Below, one piece after another: positions 10,901 to 18,690 of a DNA stretch of 64,000 bases. The stretch covers positions 5,824,001 through 5,888,000 of the forward strand of contig OZ244561.1 in the NCBI GenBank assembly GCA_965217585.1, read 5' to 3'. This DNA comes from Candidatus Latescibacterota bacterium. Its GTDB lineage: Bacteria; Latescibacterota; UBA2968; UBA8231. The notes below the pieces were generated by a model. It did not search any database and had not been told where the DNA came from. It saw nothing but the letters and a program-made list of their open reading frames with translations. Position 1 is the first letter of the stretch. Each line of letters opens with the position of its first letter. The position numbers and the translations under genes are program-made.

Positions 10901-11463
10901 ATTTACTCCTCCGGCCTTATAACCATCTACATCAATTGTGCCTGTACTATTGTCAATGACGATGAGGTAATCATTGGCCAAGACATCAAATTGAAGCGGA
11001 CCTTCGCCAAAGAATATCTCGTCAAGCACCTCTATAGTAGTGTTGTTATCATAGTGCCTATGGGATGCTGCCCATCGACTCGATGCACCAGCGGCTCGCC
11101 TTGGGCATCGGTTTCAATGCGGAAGGTTGTGTTGCCGTAGCCATGCGCTTGCATCTGCTCGGCATAAAAGGTCTGAACCCGGCGCATCATCGTTTTCATT
11201 TCATCAACCACTTCTTGACGATACGGACGGTCATTGGGCAAGAAATAGATCATCCGCACCGTGCGCTCCTCACCCACGTTCCGATCGGCCAGCCGCTTGC
11301 CAGCAGAGAGGGGGTGATCGCGCTGCCACCGCTCGTAATCGAACGGCAAGCAGAAATGCACGCTATCAGCCGGCGAGGGCGACGCATGGGCCACCGCCAG
11401 CGGCGAAAGAATCAGGCCGATTAACGCGCAAAGGGGGTACGATGTGAAGCAATACCGTTTCAT
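7907..11463 (-). pseudogene. Secreted Zn-metallopeptidase/WD40/Big-1/Calx-beta-like/T9SS-A-type CTD protein, frameshifted near 11061
   Basis: Signal peptide at 11463 with AGGAG RBS; HELGHTFGLWH zinc motif; about 7 SFSPDG WD40 repeats; YPNPFN...KFTLLR end. One added base after CAT CCC fuses the two ORFs (HP[D]RHYDNNTTIEVLDEI). Could be a sequencing error. Confidence 0.8.
8880..9060 (-). repeat. Duplicated acidic linker (EDDGELADDEASGEDQPESEEQPT x2)
   Basis: Near-identical DNA repeat ggctgctcctcggactcgggttgatcctcgccggaggcctcgtcatcggc occurs twice. Confidence 0.85.
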
Positions 11464-11854
11464 CAATCTTCTCCTTATAAGGTTGAGGATTTTACGCTGG
11501 CACATGAGGTGTGATGCAGATGAGAAAATGCCTTAGCGTGTTGAAGAGATAGTAATCGTGTGCAATTAGGCACAGAAAAGGCAGCAAGCGTTTGTAAATA
11601 AAGAACAAACGTGTATCGCAGGTCGCACAACAAGGGCGACCTCCGGCTGGGGCCACCGTACTAAGCGCTGTTTTATCAGATGTCGGGGTATGTACCATTG
11701 TCTATTTTCGGCCATGAACACACAAACGTTTGTGCTTGACAGCAGTATATATTAGGGCAATCAACCAAGATGTCAAATAAATAATTGACGTTACGCAGAC
11801 TTATGTAGTGTCTGCCGCCTTGCTGCCCTGCCTGTCGTCATTTGTATGTTGCAA

Positions 11855-12032
11855 AAGCCTTTCAGATTGGCCAATCTGAAAGGCCTGCGTGAGGGGCGCG
11901 TCGTCCGTCATTGGGTGAGCAGGCACGACAGTGCCCACGGCACCGTGCGGGAGTAAGACACCCCTCACGCTAGGTTGTCGCTCCGAACAGATACAGGGGC
12001 CTTGGGCCCGTATTACAAGTGTGGAGGACAGC
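11855..12032 (+). ncRNA. IS110 bridge RNA (left non-coding end)
   Basis: 5' palindrome 11857-11884; stem 11887-96/11961-70 enclosing CGTCATT and GCGGGA (target guides); second stem-loop enclosing ACAGATAC and TACAAGT (donor guides). Confidence 0.82.
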
Positions 12033-12059
12033 ACCCATTATAACAGGGAGGCTACCAGC

Positions 12060-13001
12060 ATGAAAGTCGTTGCCGGTATAGACGTAGGAAAAAGCAGTCT
12101 GGACGTGTCGGTGTCGGCGGGTCCGGTGCGTCGATTCGACAACGCCCCCGCGGGCCTTTCGGCCCTGGTGGGCTGGTTGGAGCGCGAGGGGGCGACCCAC
12201 GTGGTGTGTGAATCGACCGGGGGCTATGAGCGGGAAGTGGTGCGACGGTTGCGGAGCACGGCATGGTCGGTGCACATAGCGCACCCCAACCGAGTGCGCC
12301 ACTTCGCGCGGGCGGCTGGCCGCCAAGCCAAGACCGACGCGCTGGACGCGCAGATGCTGTCGCGGTATGGGCAGGTATTCGAGGTGCCTAGCTCGGTGGC
12401 GGCGGCGGCGGACAGTGAGGTCCTGCAAGACCTGCTGCGCCGACGCAAGCAGTTGGTGGACCAGCGCGTGCAGGAGCGCCATCGGCTGGACCAAGGACGG
12501 ACCGAAGCCGCCCGCACCTCTACCCAGCGGCACCTCCAGTGGCTGGATGAAGAGATCGGACGGTTGGAAGAGGAATACCGCAAGGCGTTGGAAAACAGCG
12601 GCGAGTTGTCCGAGTCCGCGGCCCTGTACCGGAGTGTGCCGGGCGTGGGCGAGCTGACCGCGGCCACGCTGGTAGTGTATCTGCCGGAGTTGGGGCAGTA
12701 CCGTGGAAAGGAGTTGACCTCGCTGGTGGGACTGGCCCCGTGGTCCAACGACAGTGGGCGCCAGCAGGGGTATCGCTCGATCCGGGGCGGACGGGGAACC
12801 GTGCGTAGGGTGTTGTACCTGGCCGCCTTGTCGGCGATACGCTACAACGACGACCTGAGCCGTTTCTATCAGGGACTGCGCCAGCGGGGCAAGACGGGCA
12901 AGGTGGCGGTGGTGGCGGTGATGCGCAAGCTGCTGCTGTTGCTGAACGCCATTGCCCATCGAGGAACGCCCTGGGTGGAACACCAGGCCCCAGCAGGGTA
13001 G
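12060..13001 (+). CDS. IS110-family recombinase (DEDD RuvC-like + Tnp domain)
   Basis: GIDVGK, CESTGGY, AKTDALDA, VPGVG, GLAPWSNDSG, VAVMRKLL; GGGAGG RBS. Confidence 0.95.
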   Translation: MKVVAGIDVGKSSLDVSVSAGPVRRFDNAPAGLSALVGWLEREGATHVVCESTGGYEREVVRRLRSTAWSVHIAHPNRVRHFARAAGRQAKTDALDAQMLSRYGQVFEVPSSVAAAADSEVLQDLLRRRKQLVDQRVQERHRLDQGRTEAARTSTQRHLQWLDEEIGRLEEEYRKALENSGELSESAALYRSVPGVGELTAATLVVYLPELGQYRGKELTSLVGLAPWSNDSGRQQGYRSIRGGRGTVRRVLYLAALSAIRYNDDLSRFYQGLRQRGKTGKVAVVAVMRKLLLLLNAIAHRGTPWVEHQAPAG

Positions 13002-13030
13002 AAAAGGGCTGGACGCAGAACACAGATACT

Positions 13031-13133
13031 CCCGCGAAAGAACGTCACCCCGTGCCCCGACACGGGGCGGGAATCCAGCCCAGCGCCCTAGCCTCAAACG
13101 GCCTTTCTGGATGCCTGCTTTCGCAGGCATGAC
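13031..13133. repeat. REP doublet (GTCATTCCCGCGAAAG...CGGGAATCCAG and inverted CTGGATGCCTGCTTTCGCAGGCATGAC)
   Basis: Palindromic REP-like units in inverted orientation, with an extra CCCCGTG-CCCCGA-CACGGGG hairpin inside the first unit. Confidence 0.75.
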
Positions 13134-13328
13134 ACCGGGACCGCACAGGCACCAAGCGGGCGGAAGAGGCTGCCCTAAGAAGACAGAGGCTGCGTAACAT
13201 CAGTCAATAATTTTTCGCTGGAGTCCAATTTCTGAAAATTCGAGGGCGAGACGCCCTCAATCCCAGATGCTTTGATGAAACGCGGCGGCAACAATCCTCT
13301 TCACTTGGGCTTTACCCAGTTTCGGCTC

Positions 13329-13384
13329 CTACACGCAGGTTTGCGGCGGCCCGTTAGCTTGAGCGCCGTGCGGACCAGCGGGGC
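13329..13384 (-). repeat. Internally deleted duplicate of the argE-like 3' region
   Basis: 13338-13384 is identical to 15931-15977 (47 bp) and is fused to CTACACGCAG, the last 10 bp of the gene including the stop. Confidence 0.9.
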
Positions 13385-13732
13385 CTTTATCTGCGTGCCG
13401 GGGTTCCACCAGCGCTTAGAGGCGTGGCTCGACGCACTGCCGGAGGGGCCAATCCCCGCGAGCAAGACCTGCTGGCTTTGGGAGCGCATCACATCGGTGC
13501 CGAAGCGGGCGACTTGGTTATCTGGCGCACTACCCTGCCGCGCGTGGCGCAGTACATCACCATGAGTCCAGCAGGCGAGGGTGAAGAGGCGCGGCGGTTG
13601 CGCACGGACTTTTGGCAGCGGCGGTTGTCTGGGTTAGGGCGCTACGCTGAGGAACGCGAGTACTACGAAGAAAAGACGGCTGAGTTGACGAGTGTGGGGC
13701 GGAAGCTGGCTGGGGTGGATCCTTGGGATTGA
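13380..13732 (+). pseudogene. PhyH-like dioxygenase 3' fragment
   Basis: GAFICVPGFH...(frameshift)...AGDLVIWRTTLP...RVAQYITM...GRKLAGVDPWD*; no N-terminus. Confidence 0.65.
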
Positions 13733-13851
13733 GGGAGGGAGAAGCGCAACTACGACTTGTCTCGGTTTTTTAGCATAAAGGCCATGACCGCTAGGACCGC
13801 AATAAGCATGACTAAGCTGCCAACGACGGTGATTTTTAGCAAAAGTCTATA

Positions 13852-14711
13852 GAAGCTGTTGAGTTAAAAACGTATCTTTGTAAGTTATTTGGTACCATAG
13901 CCCTATTGCTGTAGGAGGATTCTGTTATGCCAGGGTATCCAAGTGACTTGACGGATGAAGAATGGGCGTTGATCGCCCCTTTTTTTGACCGCCCCGATCC
14001 TCGGGGTAATCCGGGTCGGTATGAAAAACGCGATGTGGTCAATGCCATTTTGTATGTGCTCAAAGGGGGCATCCCGTGGCGGATGATGCCGCTTGATTTT
14101 CCGCCTTGGGATACGGTCTATGATCATTTTCGTCGCTGGAATAAACGCGGCGTGTGGGAGCAAGCCTTGGACTTTCTCAATGAGCAAGCGCGCCTAAAGC
14201 AAGGCAAGAAGCCACAGCCCACCTATGCGCTTTTGGATTCGCAATCGGTCAAAACGCAGTATGCTAGTCAGGATCGAGGCACCGATGGGGGAAAAAAAGG
14301 TCAAAGGCCGTAAACGCCACCTCGCCACCGATACGCTGGGCAATATGCTCGCGATCCAAGTACATGCAGCCAATGTAGCCGATACCAGCCAAGGCTGGGA
14401 AGTGTGTGATCGCGTCGCAGAAAAGTATGATTCGGTCGAAGCCTTCTGCGGCGACCAAGGCTATCGCGGCACTACGGTTGAATTCGTCGAGAACCTGCTG
14501 GGGTTACGACTCGACATCACCTCGAAACCAGCGCAAGGATTCCAAGTGATTCCCAAACGGTGGATTATCGAACGAACCTTTGCTTGGTTGGGTGGATTTC
14601 GGCGCTTGGCCAAGGACTTTGAAATCCTCACCCAATCTGCAGAAAATATGATCCGGATTGCCATGATTAAAATTACCGTCGCTAAATGCATCTGAATAAC
14701 TCAACAGCTTC
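13852..14711 (+). mobile_element. IS5-family element (two-ORF type)
   Basis: Perfect TIR GAAGCTGTTGAGTTA / TAACTCAACAGCTTC with TA target duplication. Confidence 0.92.
13927..14695 (+). CDS. IS5 transposase expressed by -1 frameshift
   Basis: YPSDLTDEEW...DSQSVK and KVKGRKRH...DQGY...RWIIERTFAWL; GGGGGAAAAAAAGG slippery site near 14290. Confidence 0.9.
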
Positions 14712-14999
14712 TAAGGCTCTAGCGATGGCTCGTAGACCAATAAGAACGATACTCCGATGGCAAGAACGATGATCCATGTTGCTAGACGTAGGCGATGAAT
14801 GGGTTTGGGCAGGTTGCGCCTGAAGAGGGAAGGAATGCATTCAGCAGCTATATAAAAAGCTGTTCCTAAGACTATTTCTAAGATTAGAAGCGACATAAGC
14901 GTCTCGTAGTGTTCTACCTGACGTGTGTGTCGGCTGGCGTTCTTGCAAGAAGCGGGTCGTGTGATCGTCGTACCCAACAGAACAGCGCTTCAACTATCC

Positions 15000-15076
15000 C
15001 TCTACACGCAGATATGCTGGATGAAGCGGGCGTAGAGATCGACGCTGGTGCGCAATTGGTCGGTTTTGATCCATTC
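15000..15076 (-). repeat. Diverged duplicate of the argE-like 3' tail (15751-15827)
   Basis: 72/77 identity; EWIKTDQLRTSVDLYARFIQHICV* versus EWIKTDQLRASVDLYARFIDHICV*. Confidence 0.93.
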
Positions 15077-15140
15077 CATCCCGCGAGCGGCGCGTGATGG
15101 ACCAAACGAATCGCATAGAAAATCGTCTCAAGACACCCTC

Positions 15141-15494
15141 TTAGAGTGCTAACACTTCGCGGAGTAACCTATCCACTTCTGCTTGCAATTGTGGACCAAG
15201 ATGGCCGAGACGGCGGGTAATGACCGACCGTTCTACTGTAGCCAATTTATGCATCCGGAAGACAGACATAACGCGCAAGCCTGTCAGGATAAATTCCGGG
15301 TGGTTGGGCTCAATGGTATAATCGGTGGGAGCGAGCGTACCGCGCACAACGCTAGAAATCGCCACGAGTACCATGTCGTGGCCGAATTGCCCTTGGGACA
15401 CGATTACTGCGGGGCGAAGGGAGGCACCAGTCAAATCGGTAAATGGAAACCGCGTCAGCACCACATTACCGCGTGCGAGCGTTGGGTGCGTCAC
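15141..15494 (-). CDS. PemK/MazF-family toxin
   Basis: RGNVVLTRFPFTDLTGASLRPAVIVS...VAISS...TGLRVMS; GTG start overlaps the antitoxin stop. Confidence 0.88.
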   Translation of the reverse strand: MTHPTLARGNVVLTRFPFTDLTGASLRPAVIVSQGQFGHDMVLVAISSVVRGTLAPTDYTIEPNHPEFILTGLRVMSVFRMHKLATVERSVITRRLGHLGPQLQAEVDRLLREVLAL

Positions 15495-15721
15495 ACCGGT
15501 TCTCCGTCTTCGGAGGAGTAAATATCTTCCCCTTCCTCTTCCCAAAAGCCAAATGCGCCACTTTGTTCGACCAAACGCATGATATCCCATGTTGGCACAT
15601 CATCTTCCTGCCTTTGCACGGTAATCTCTTCATAGCGCTGTGCCAATTCCACCAGCCGTTCTAATTCGCTCTGTGGAACCAGCACTTTCTCACCGATACA
15701 TTGGATGTGAATTGTTGTCAT
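15491..15721 (-). CDS. Putative antitoxin
   Basis: 76 aa with FGFWEEEGEDIYS C-terminus, typical of antitoxins found upstream of PemK; GAGG RBS. Confidence 0.75.
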   Translation of the reverse strand: MTTIHIQCIGEKVLVPQSELERLVELAQRYEEITVQRQEDDVPTWDIMRLVEQSGAFGFWEEEGEDIYSSEDGEPV

Positions 15722-15752
15722 TTCGCCTCTCAGGGTTTTGAGAAGACAACCT

Positions 15753-16883
15753 CTACACGCAGATATGATCAATGAAGCGGGCGTAGAGATCGACGCTGGC
15801 GCGCAGTTGGTCGGTTTTGATCCATTCGTTGGCGGTGTGGGCTTGGGCAATGTCGCCTGGGCCGAGGACGATCATTTGTTTCATCTTCTCGACAAAAGCC
15901 ATGCCGTCGGTGCCGTAGGCCACCGTGGTGGGTTTGCGGCGGCCCGTTAGCTTGAGCGCCGTGCGGACCAGCGGGGCGTCCACCGCGGTATAGAGTGGCT
16001 CGCCGCGATGCTTGAGCGCGAAGTCGAGGCCGTGCTTTTCCGCGCTTTTGCGGCTTTTGTCGATCAAATCATCGACGTCGATGCCGGGCATGGGGCGGTA
16101 GTTGAGGGTGCAGATGCTCTGGGCGGGGGAGATGTTGGTGGCGCGGTTGTGATCGTTGATGCCGATGCACCACTCGGAATGCGGCGGTGCGAATTCCTCG
16201 TTGCGGTAGCGGCGCGCGCTGAGCACCCGCTCGTTGAATCGCTTCATCTCCGCGAGAAAGGGAATCATCTTGAGGTTCGCGTTGATGCCCTTCAAGGTGC
16301 TGGTGTGCGCGGGGCGTCCCTTGGCGGTGACTTGGATGGCGAGCGAGCCTTTGTGGGCGTGGACGACGCGGAGGCTGGTGGGTTCGCAGATGATGCCGCA
16401 GCCGGTGCTGGCCTCGGCAAAGAGCTTGGAATGGGCCGTGACCTTTTGCGCGCCGACGCCGTGAACCTCTTCGTCGGCTGTGACGACGATGTAGAGCGGG
16501 GCAGTGAGATCGGCGGCCTTGAAGCGGGCGGCCGCGCAAATCGAAGCGGCAAGAGGGCCTTTCATGTCGCAGGAACCGCGGCCGTAGAGCTTGCCGTTGG
16601 CCTCGTAGGGGTCGTAGGGATCGCGGTGCCAGCCGTCGGCGGGATTGGCGGGTACGACGTCGTCGTGGCTCATCAGGGCCAGCCCGCCCTCTCCGGTGCC
16701 CAGCTTGCCGACGATGGAGAGCTTGGCCACGCCCGCCTCATCTGTGTAGGGTACCTCTTCTATTTGGAAACCAAGCTGGTCTAAGACTCCAGCTATGTGT
16801 TGGGTGACTTCGACGTTGCTGGTTTGGCTTTCCGAGGGATAGGCGACTATTGCCTTGGTCAGTTTGACGACATCGAGTTTCAT
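15753..16883 (-). CDS. argE: M20 metallopeptidase, ArgE/acetylornithine deacetylase-like
   Basis: SHDDVVP, GRGSCDMKG, DEE, ICEPT, YGTDG, GPGDIAQAHTANE. Confidence 0.8.
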   Translation of the reverse strand: MKLDVVKLTKAIVAYPSESQTSNVEVTQHIAGVLDQLGFQIEEVPYTDEAGVAKLSIVGKLGTGEGGLALMSHDDVVPANPADGWHRDPYDPYEANGKLYGRGSCDMKGPLAASICAAARFKAADLTAPLYIVVTADEEVHGVGAQKVTAHSKLFAEASTGCGIICEPTSLRVVHAHKGSLAIQVTAKGRPAHTSTLKGINANLKMIPFLAEMKRFNERVLSARRYRNEEFAPPHSEWCIGINDHNRATNISPAQSICTLNYRPMPGIDVDDLIDKSRKSAEKHGLDFALKHRGEPLYTAVDAPLVRTALKLTGRRKPTTVAYGTDGMAFVEKMKQMIVLGPGDIAQAHTANEWIKTDQLRASVDLYARFIDHICV

Positions 16884-16918
16884 CGCAGATTCGCTTTCGC
16901 CGAAGGGGTAGGTGGCAC

Positions 16919-16947
16919 AAGGTACAACTTTGGCAGAAGGCTATCAA
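16919..16947 (-). promoter_or_regulatory. Putative sigma70 promoter of the argE-like gene
   Basis: TTGATA-N17-TACCTT on the minus strand. Confidence 0.45.
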
Positions 16948-16952
16948 GGGCG

Positions 16953-16981
16953 TTGACAGCCCAGCCAAAAGGCGGTATGAA
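16953..16981 (+). promoter_or_regulatory. Putative sigma70 promoter pointing into the 3' end of the DUF5069 gene
   Basis: TTGACA-N17-TATGAA. Confidence 0.5.
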
Positions 16982-16999
16982 TAGGCGGGCGAGAAGCAA

Positions 17000-17036
17000 C
17001 AAAGCGGCCCGCCTCCAAAGAGCGGAAGCGGGCCGG
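17000..17036 (-). terminator. Probable terminator after the DUF5069 gene
   Basis: GGCCCGC...GCGGGCC stem followed by TTTGTT on the minus strand. Confidence 0.45.
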
Positions 17037-17058
17037 CAGACGAGTGGGACAGGTCCTT

Positions 17059-17493
17059 TTAGCTCAGGGCGTCGTGCAGTTCAGTCCAGTCGTCGAGGTT
17101 GTTGAGGTTGACGGCGTCGAGGATGCTGCCGTCGTCGCTGAGGCCAGCGGCGTCGAGGACGCTGCCGCGGGTCTCGTCGTCGTGGTTGTAGCCGCGGATG
17201 GCGGCGTTGGAAGCGTCGATCTCGCTCTGCGGAATGGAGCCGCCGCGCTGGGCCTTGACCCAGTTTTCAAATTCGGTATAGCTGGCCTTGTTGTCCTTGA
17301 CATAGTCCACGGCTGCGTCGCGGTCGATGCCGAGGCCGTCGAGAACCATCTGATCGAAGCCCGCGCCGCATTCATCGTAGCCTTCGGACAATTCGCCGGC
17401 CGCGCTCAGACGCAGCTTAGACCACAGGCGGGGCAGGTGAATCGCGCCGAGCGGCCCGGCGATATCCGAACTGACGTTAGGTATAATGGCCAT
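17059..17493 (-). CDS. DUF5069-like small acidic protein
   Basis: GPLGAIHLPRLWSK...GFDQMVLDGLGID...LNNLDDW; AGGAGG RBS. Confidence 0.75.
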   Translation of the reverse strand: MAIIPNVSSDIAGPLGAIHLPRLWSKLRLSAAGELSEGYDECGAGFDQMVLDGLGIDRDAAVDYVKDNKASYTEFENWVKAQRGGSIPQSEIDASNAAIRGYNHDDETRGSVLDAAGLSDDGSILDAVNLNNLDDWTELHDALS

Positions 17494-17535
17494 GAGGTTC
17501 CTCCTATAGAGAATGGGTTGGGTAAACGGCCTACA

Positions 17536-17564
17536 ACAGTACGGTCGCTCCGGCCGGTTGTCAA
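17536..17564 (-). promoter_or_regulatory. Putative sigma70 promoter of the DUF5069 gene
   Basis: TTGACA-N17-TACTGT on the minus strand. Confidence 0.5.
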
Positions 17565-17574
17565 ACGGATAGCA

Positions 17575-18678
17575 ATGGACAAAATACGCTTTGGTGTCAT
17601 TGGGGCTGCTGGCCGCGGAAGCGGCTTTATCCCCACCCTACTGGCCCATCCAGCCACGGAAGTTGCCGCGCTGTGCGACATCCGCCGGGAAGAGGTCGAG
17701 CGCCACGCGGCTGAATTGGGCATTGAACAGGTCTTTACAGACGCCGGCGAAATGCTCGATGACGGGGGGGTGGACGCGGTCGTCGTGGGTACGCCCATGC
17801 CGTGGCACGCGCCTCAGGCCATCGCGGCCTTGGAGCGCGACATCCACGTGCTCAGCGAGGTGACGGCCGGGGTGTCGGTCGAGGAGTGCCGCGATTTGAC
17901 GCGAGCAGCGCGGCGCAGCCGAGCCGTCTATATGATGGCCGAGAACTACGTGTACACCAAGTCCAATACACTGGTGAACGCACTGGTCGAGCGCGGCTTT
18001 TTCGGCGAGCTGTACTACGCCGAAGGGGCCTATATCCACGAACTGAAACAGCTCAACGAGACCACACCTTGGCGGCGGCGCTGGCAGACGGGCGTCAATG
18101 GCTGCACCTATGCCACGCACAGCTTGGGGCCGGTGCTGACGTGGTTTGCCAGACAGCGGGTGGTGGCCGTCTGCGCCGTGGGCACCGGGCACCACTACCT
18201 AGATCCGCGCGGCGCTTTGTACGAAATGGAGGACTCGGTGACCATGATGTGCCGCCTCTCGGGCGGTGGGCTGGCGCATATCCGGGTCGATATGCTCTCG
18301 GACCGGCCGCACCACATGGTGCACTACGCGTTGCAGGGGACCGATGGCGCGTACGAGTCGGCCGACGGGTTTGCGGCCGCGGCCAAAATCTGGCTGCGCA
18401 GCCGCAGCGCGCAGCCGCGCTGGGAGCCTTTGGAGGCCCTAGAGGAACTTTTGCCTGATTATTGGCAGCACCCGCCCGCAGAAGCCCTCGCCGCTGGACA
18501 CGGCGGCGGCGACTATTGGGAAGTACAGGACTTTGTCGCGGCCATCCGCGAGGAAAAGGCGCCGGCCATTGGCATCGACTTGGCGATGGACATGACCTTG
18601 CCCGGCCTCGTCAGCCAACAGTCGCTCGCCCAAGGGTCGGCCTGGGTGGCCGTGCCCGATTCACGCAACTGGACTTAA
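17575..18678 (+). CDS. Gfo/Idh/MocA oxidoreductase (GH109-like)
   Basis: RFGVIGAAGRG, HVLSEV, MMAENY, YATHSLGP, GHGGGD. Confidence 0.88.
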   Translation: MDKIRFGVIGAAGRGSGFIPTLLAHPATEVAALCDIRREEVERHAAELGIEQVFTDAGEMLDDGGVDAVVVGTPMPWHAPQAIAALERDIHVLSEVTAGVSVEECRDLTRAARRSRAVYMMAENYVYTKSNTLVNALVERGFFGELYYAEGAYIHELKQLNETTPWRRRWQTGVNGCTYATHSLGPVLTWFARQRVVAVCAVGTGHHYLDPRGALYEMEDSVTMMCRLSGGGLAHIRVDMLSDRPHHMVHYALQGTDGAYESADGFAAAAKIWLRSRSAQPRWEPLEALEELLPDYWQHPPAEALAAGHGGGDYWEVQDFVAAIREEKAPAIGIDLAMDMTLPGLVSQQSLAQGSAWVAVPDSRNWT

Positions 18679-18690
18679 AGGAGCGAGACC

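Larger units (their letters stand above)
11843..13030 (+). mobile_element. IS110-family insertion sequence inserted in a REP
   Basis: Junctions TCGTCAT-T-TGTAT and ACAGATAC-T-CCCGCG; removing the element restores GTCATTCCCGCGAAAG. Confidence 0.88.
11784..13204. mobile_element. Putative MITE-like element with 15-bp imperfect TIRs, hosting a REP pair and the IS110
   Basis: ATTGACGTTACGCAG at 11784-11798 and CTGCGTAACATCAGT at 13190-13204 (13/15 inverted match). Confidence 0.5.
13750..14896 (-). pseudogene. Small 3-TM membrane protein interrupted by IS5
   Basis: Removing the IS and one TA restores ...YEPSLEPYRLLLKITVVGSLVMLIAVLAVMAFMLKNRDKS*; start uncertain. Confidence 0.78.

Noticed and set aside
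11931-12059. Longer N-terminus for the IS110 recombinase
   Set aside because: This region is the structured bridge RNA; the RBS and DEDD motif place the start at 12060
11970-13130. 386-aa antisense ORF over IS110, and similar long shadow ORFs elsewhere
   Set aside because: No recognisable motifs; expected opposite real genes in GC-rich DNA
3783-15721. Integron cassette array
   Set aside because: No intI and no recurring attC-like palindromes; cassette boundaries are host-gene fragments instead
17044-17574. 177-aa N-terminal extension of the Gfo ORF in the ORF track
   Set aside because: It is the antisense shadow of the DUF5069 gene; the Rossmann motif starts at 17575
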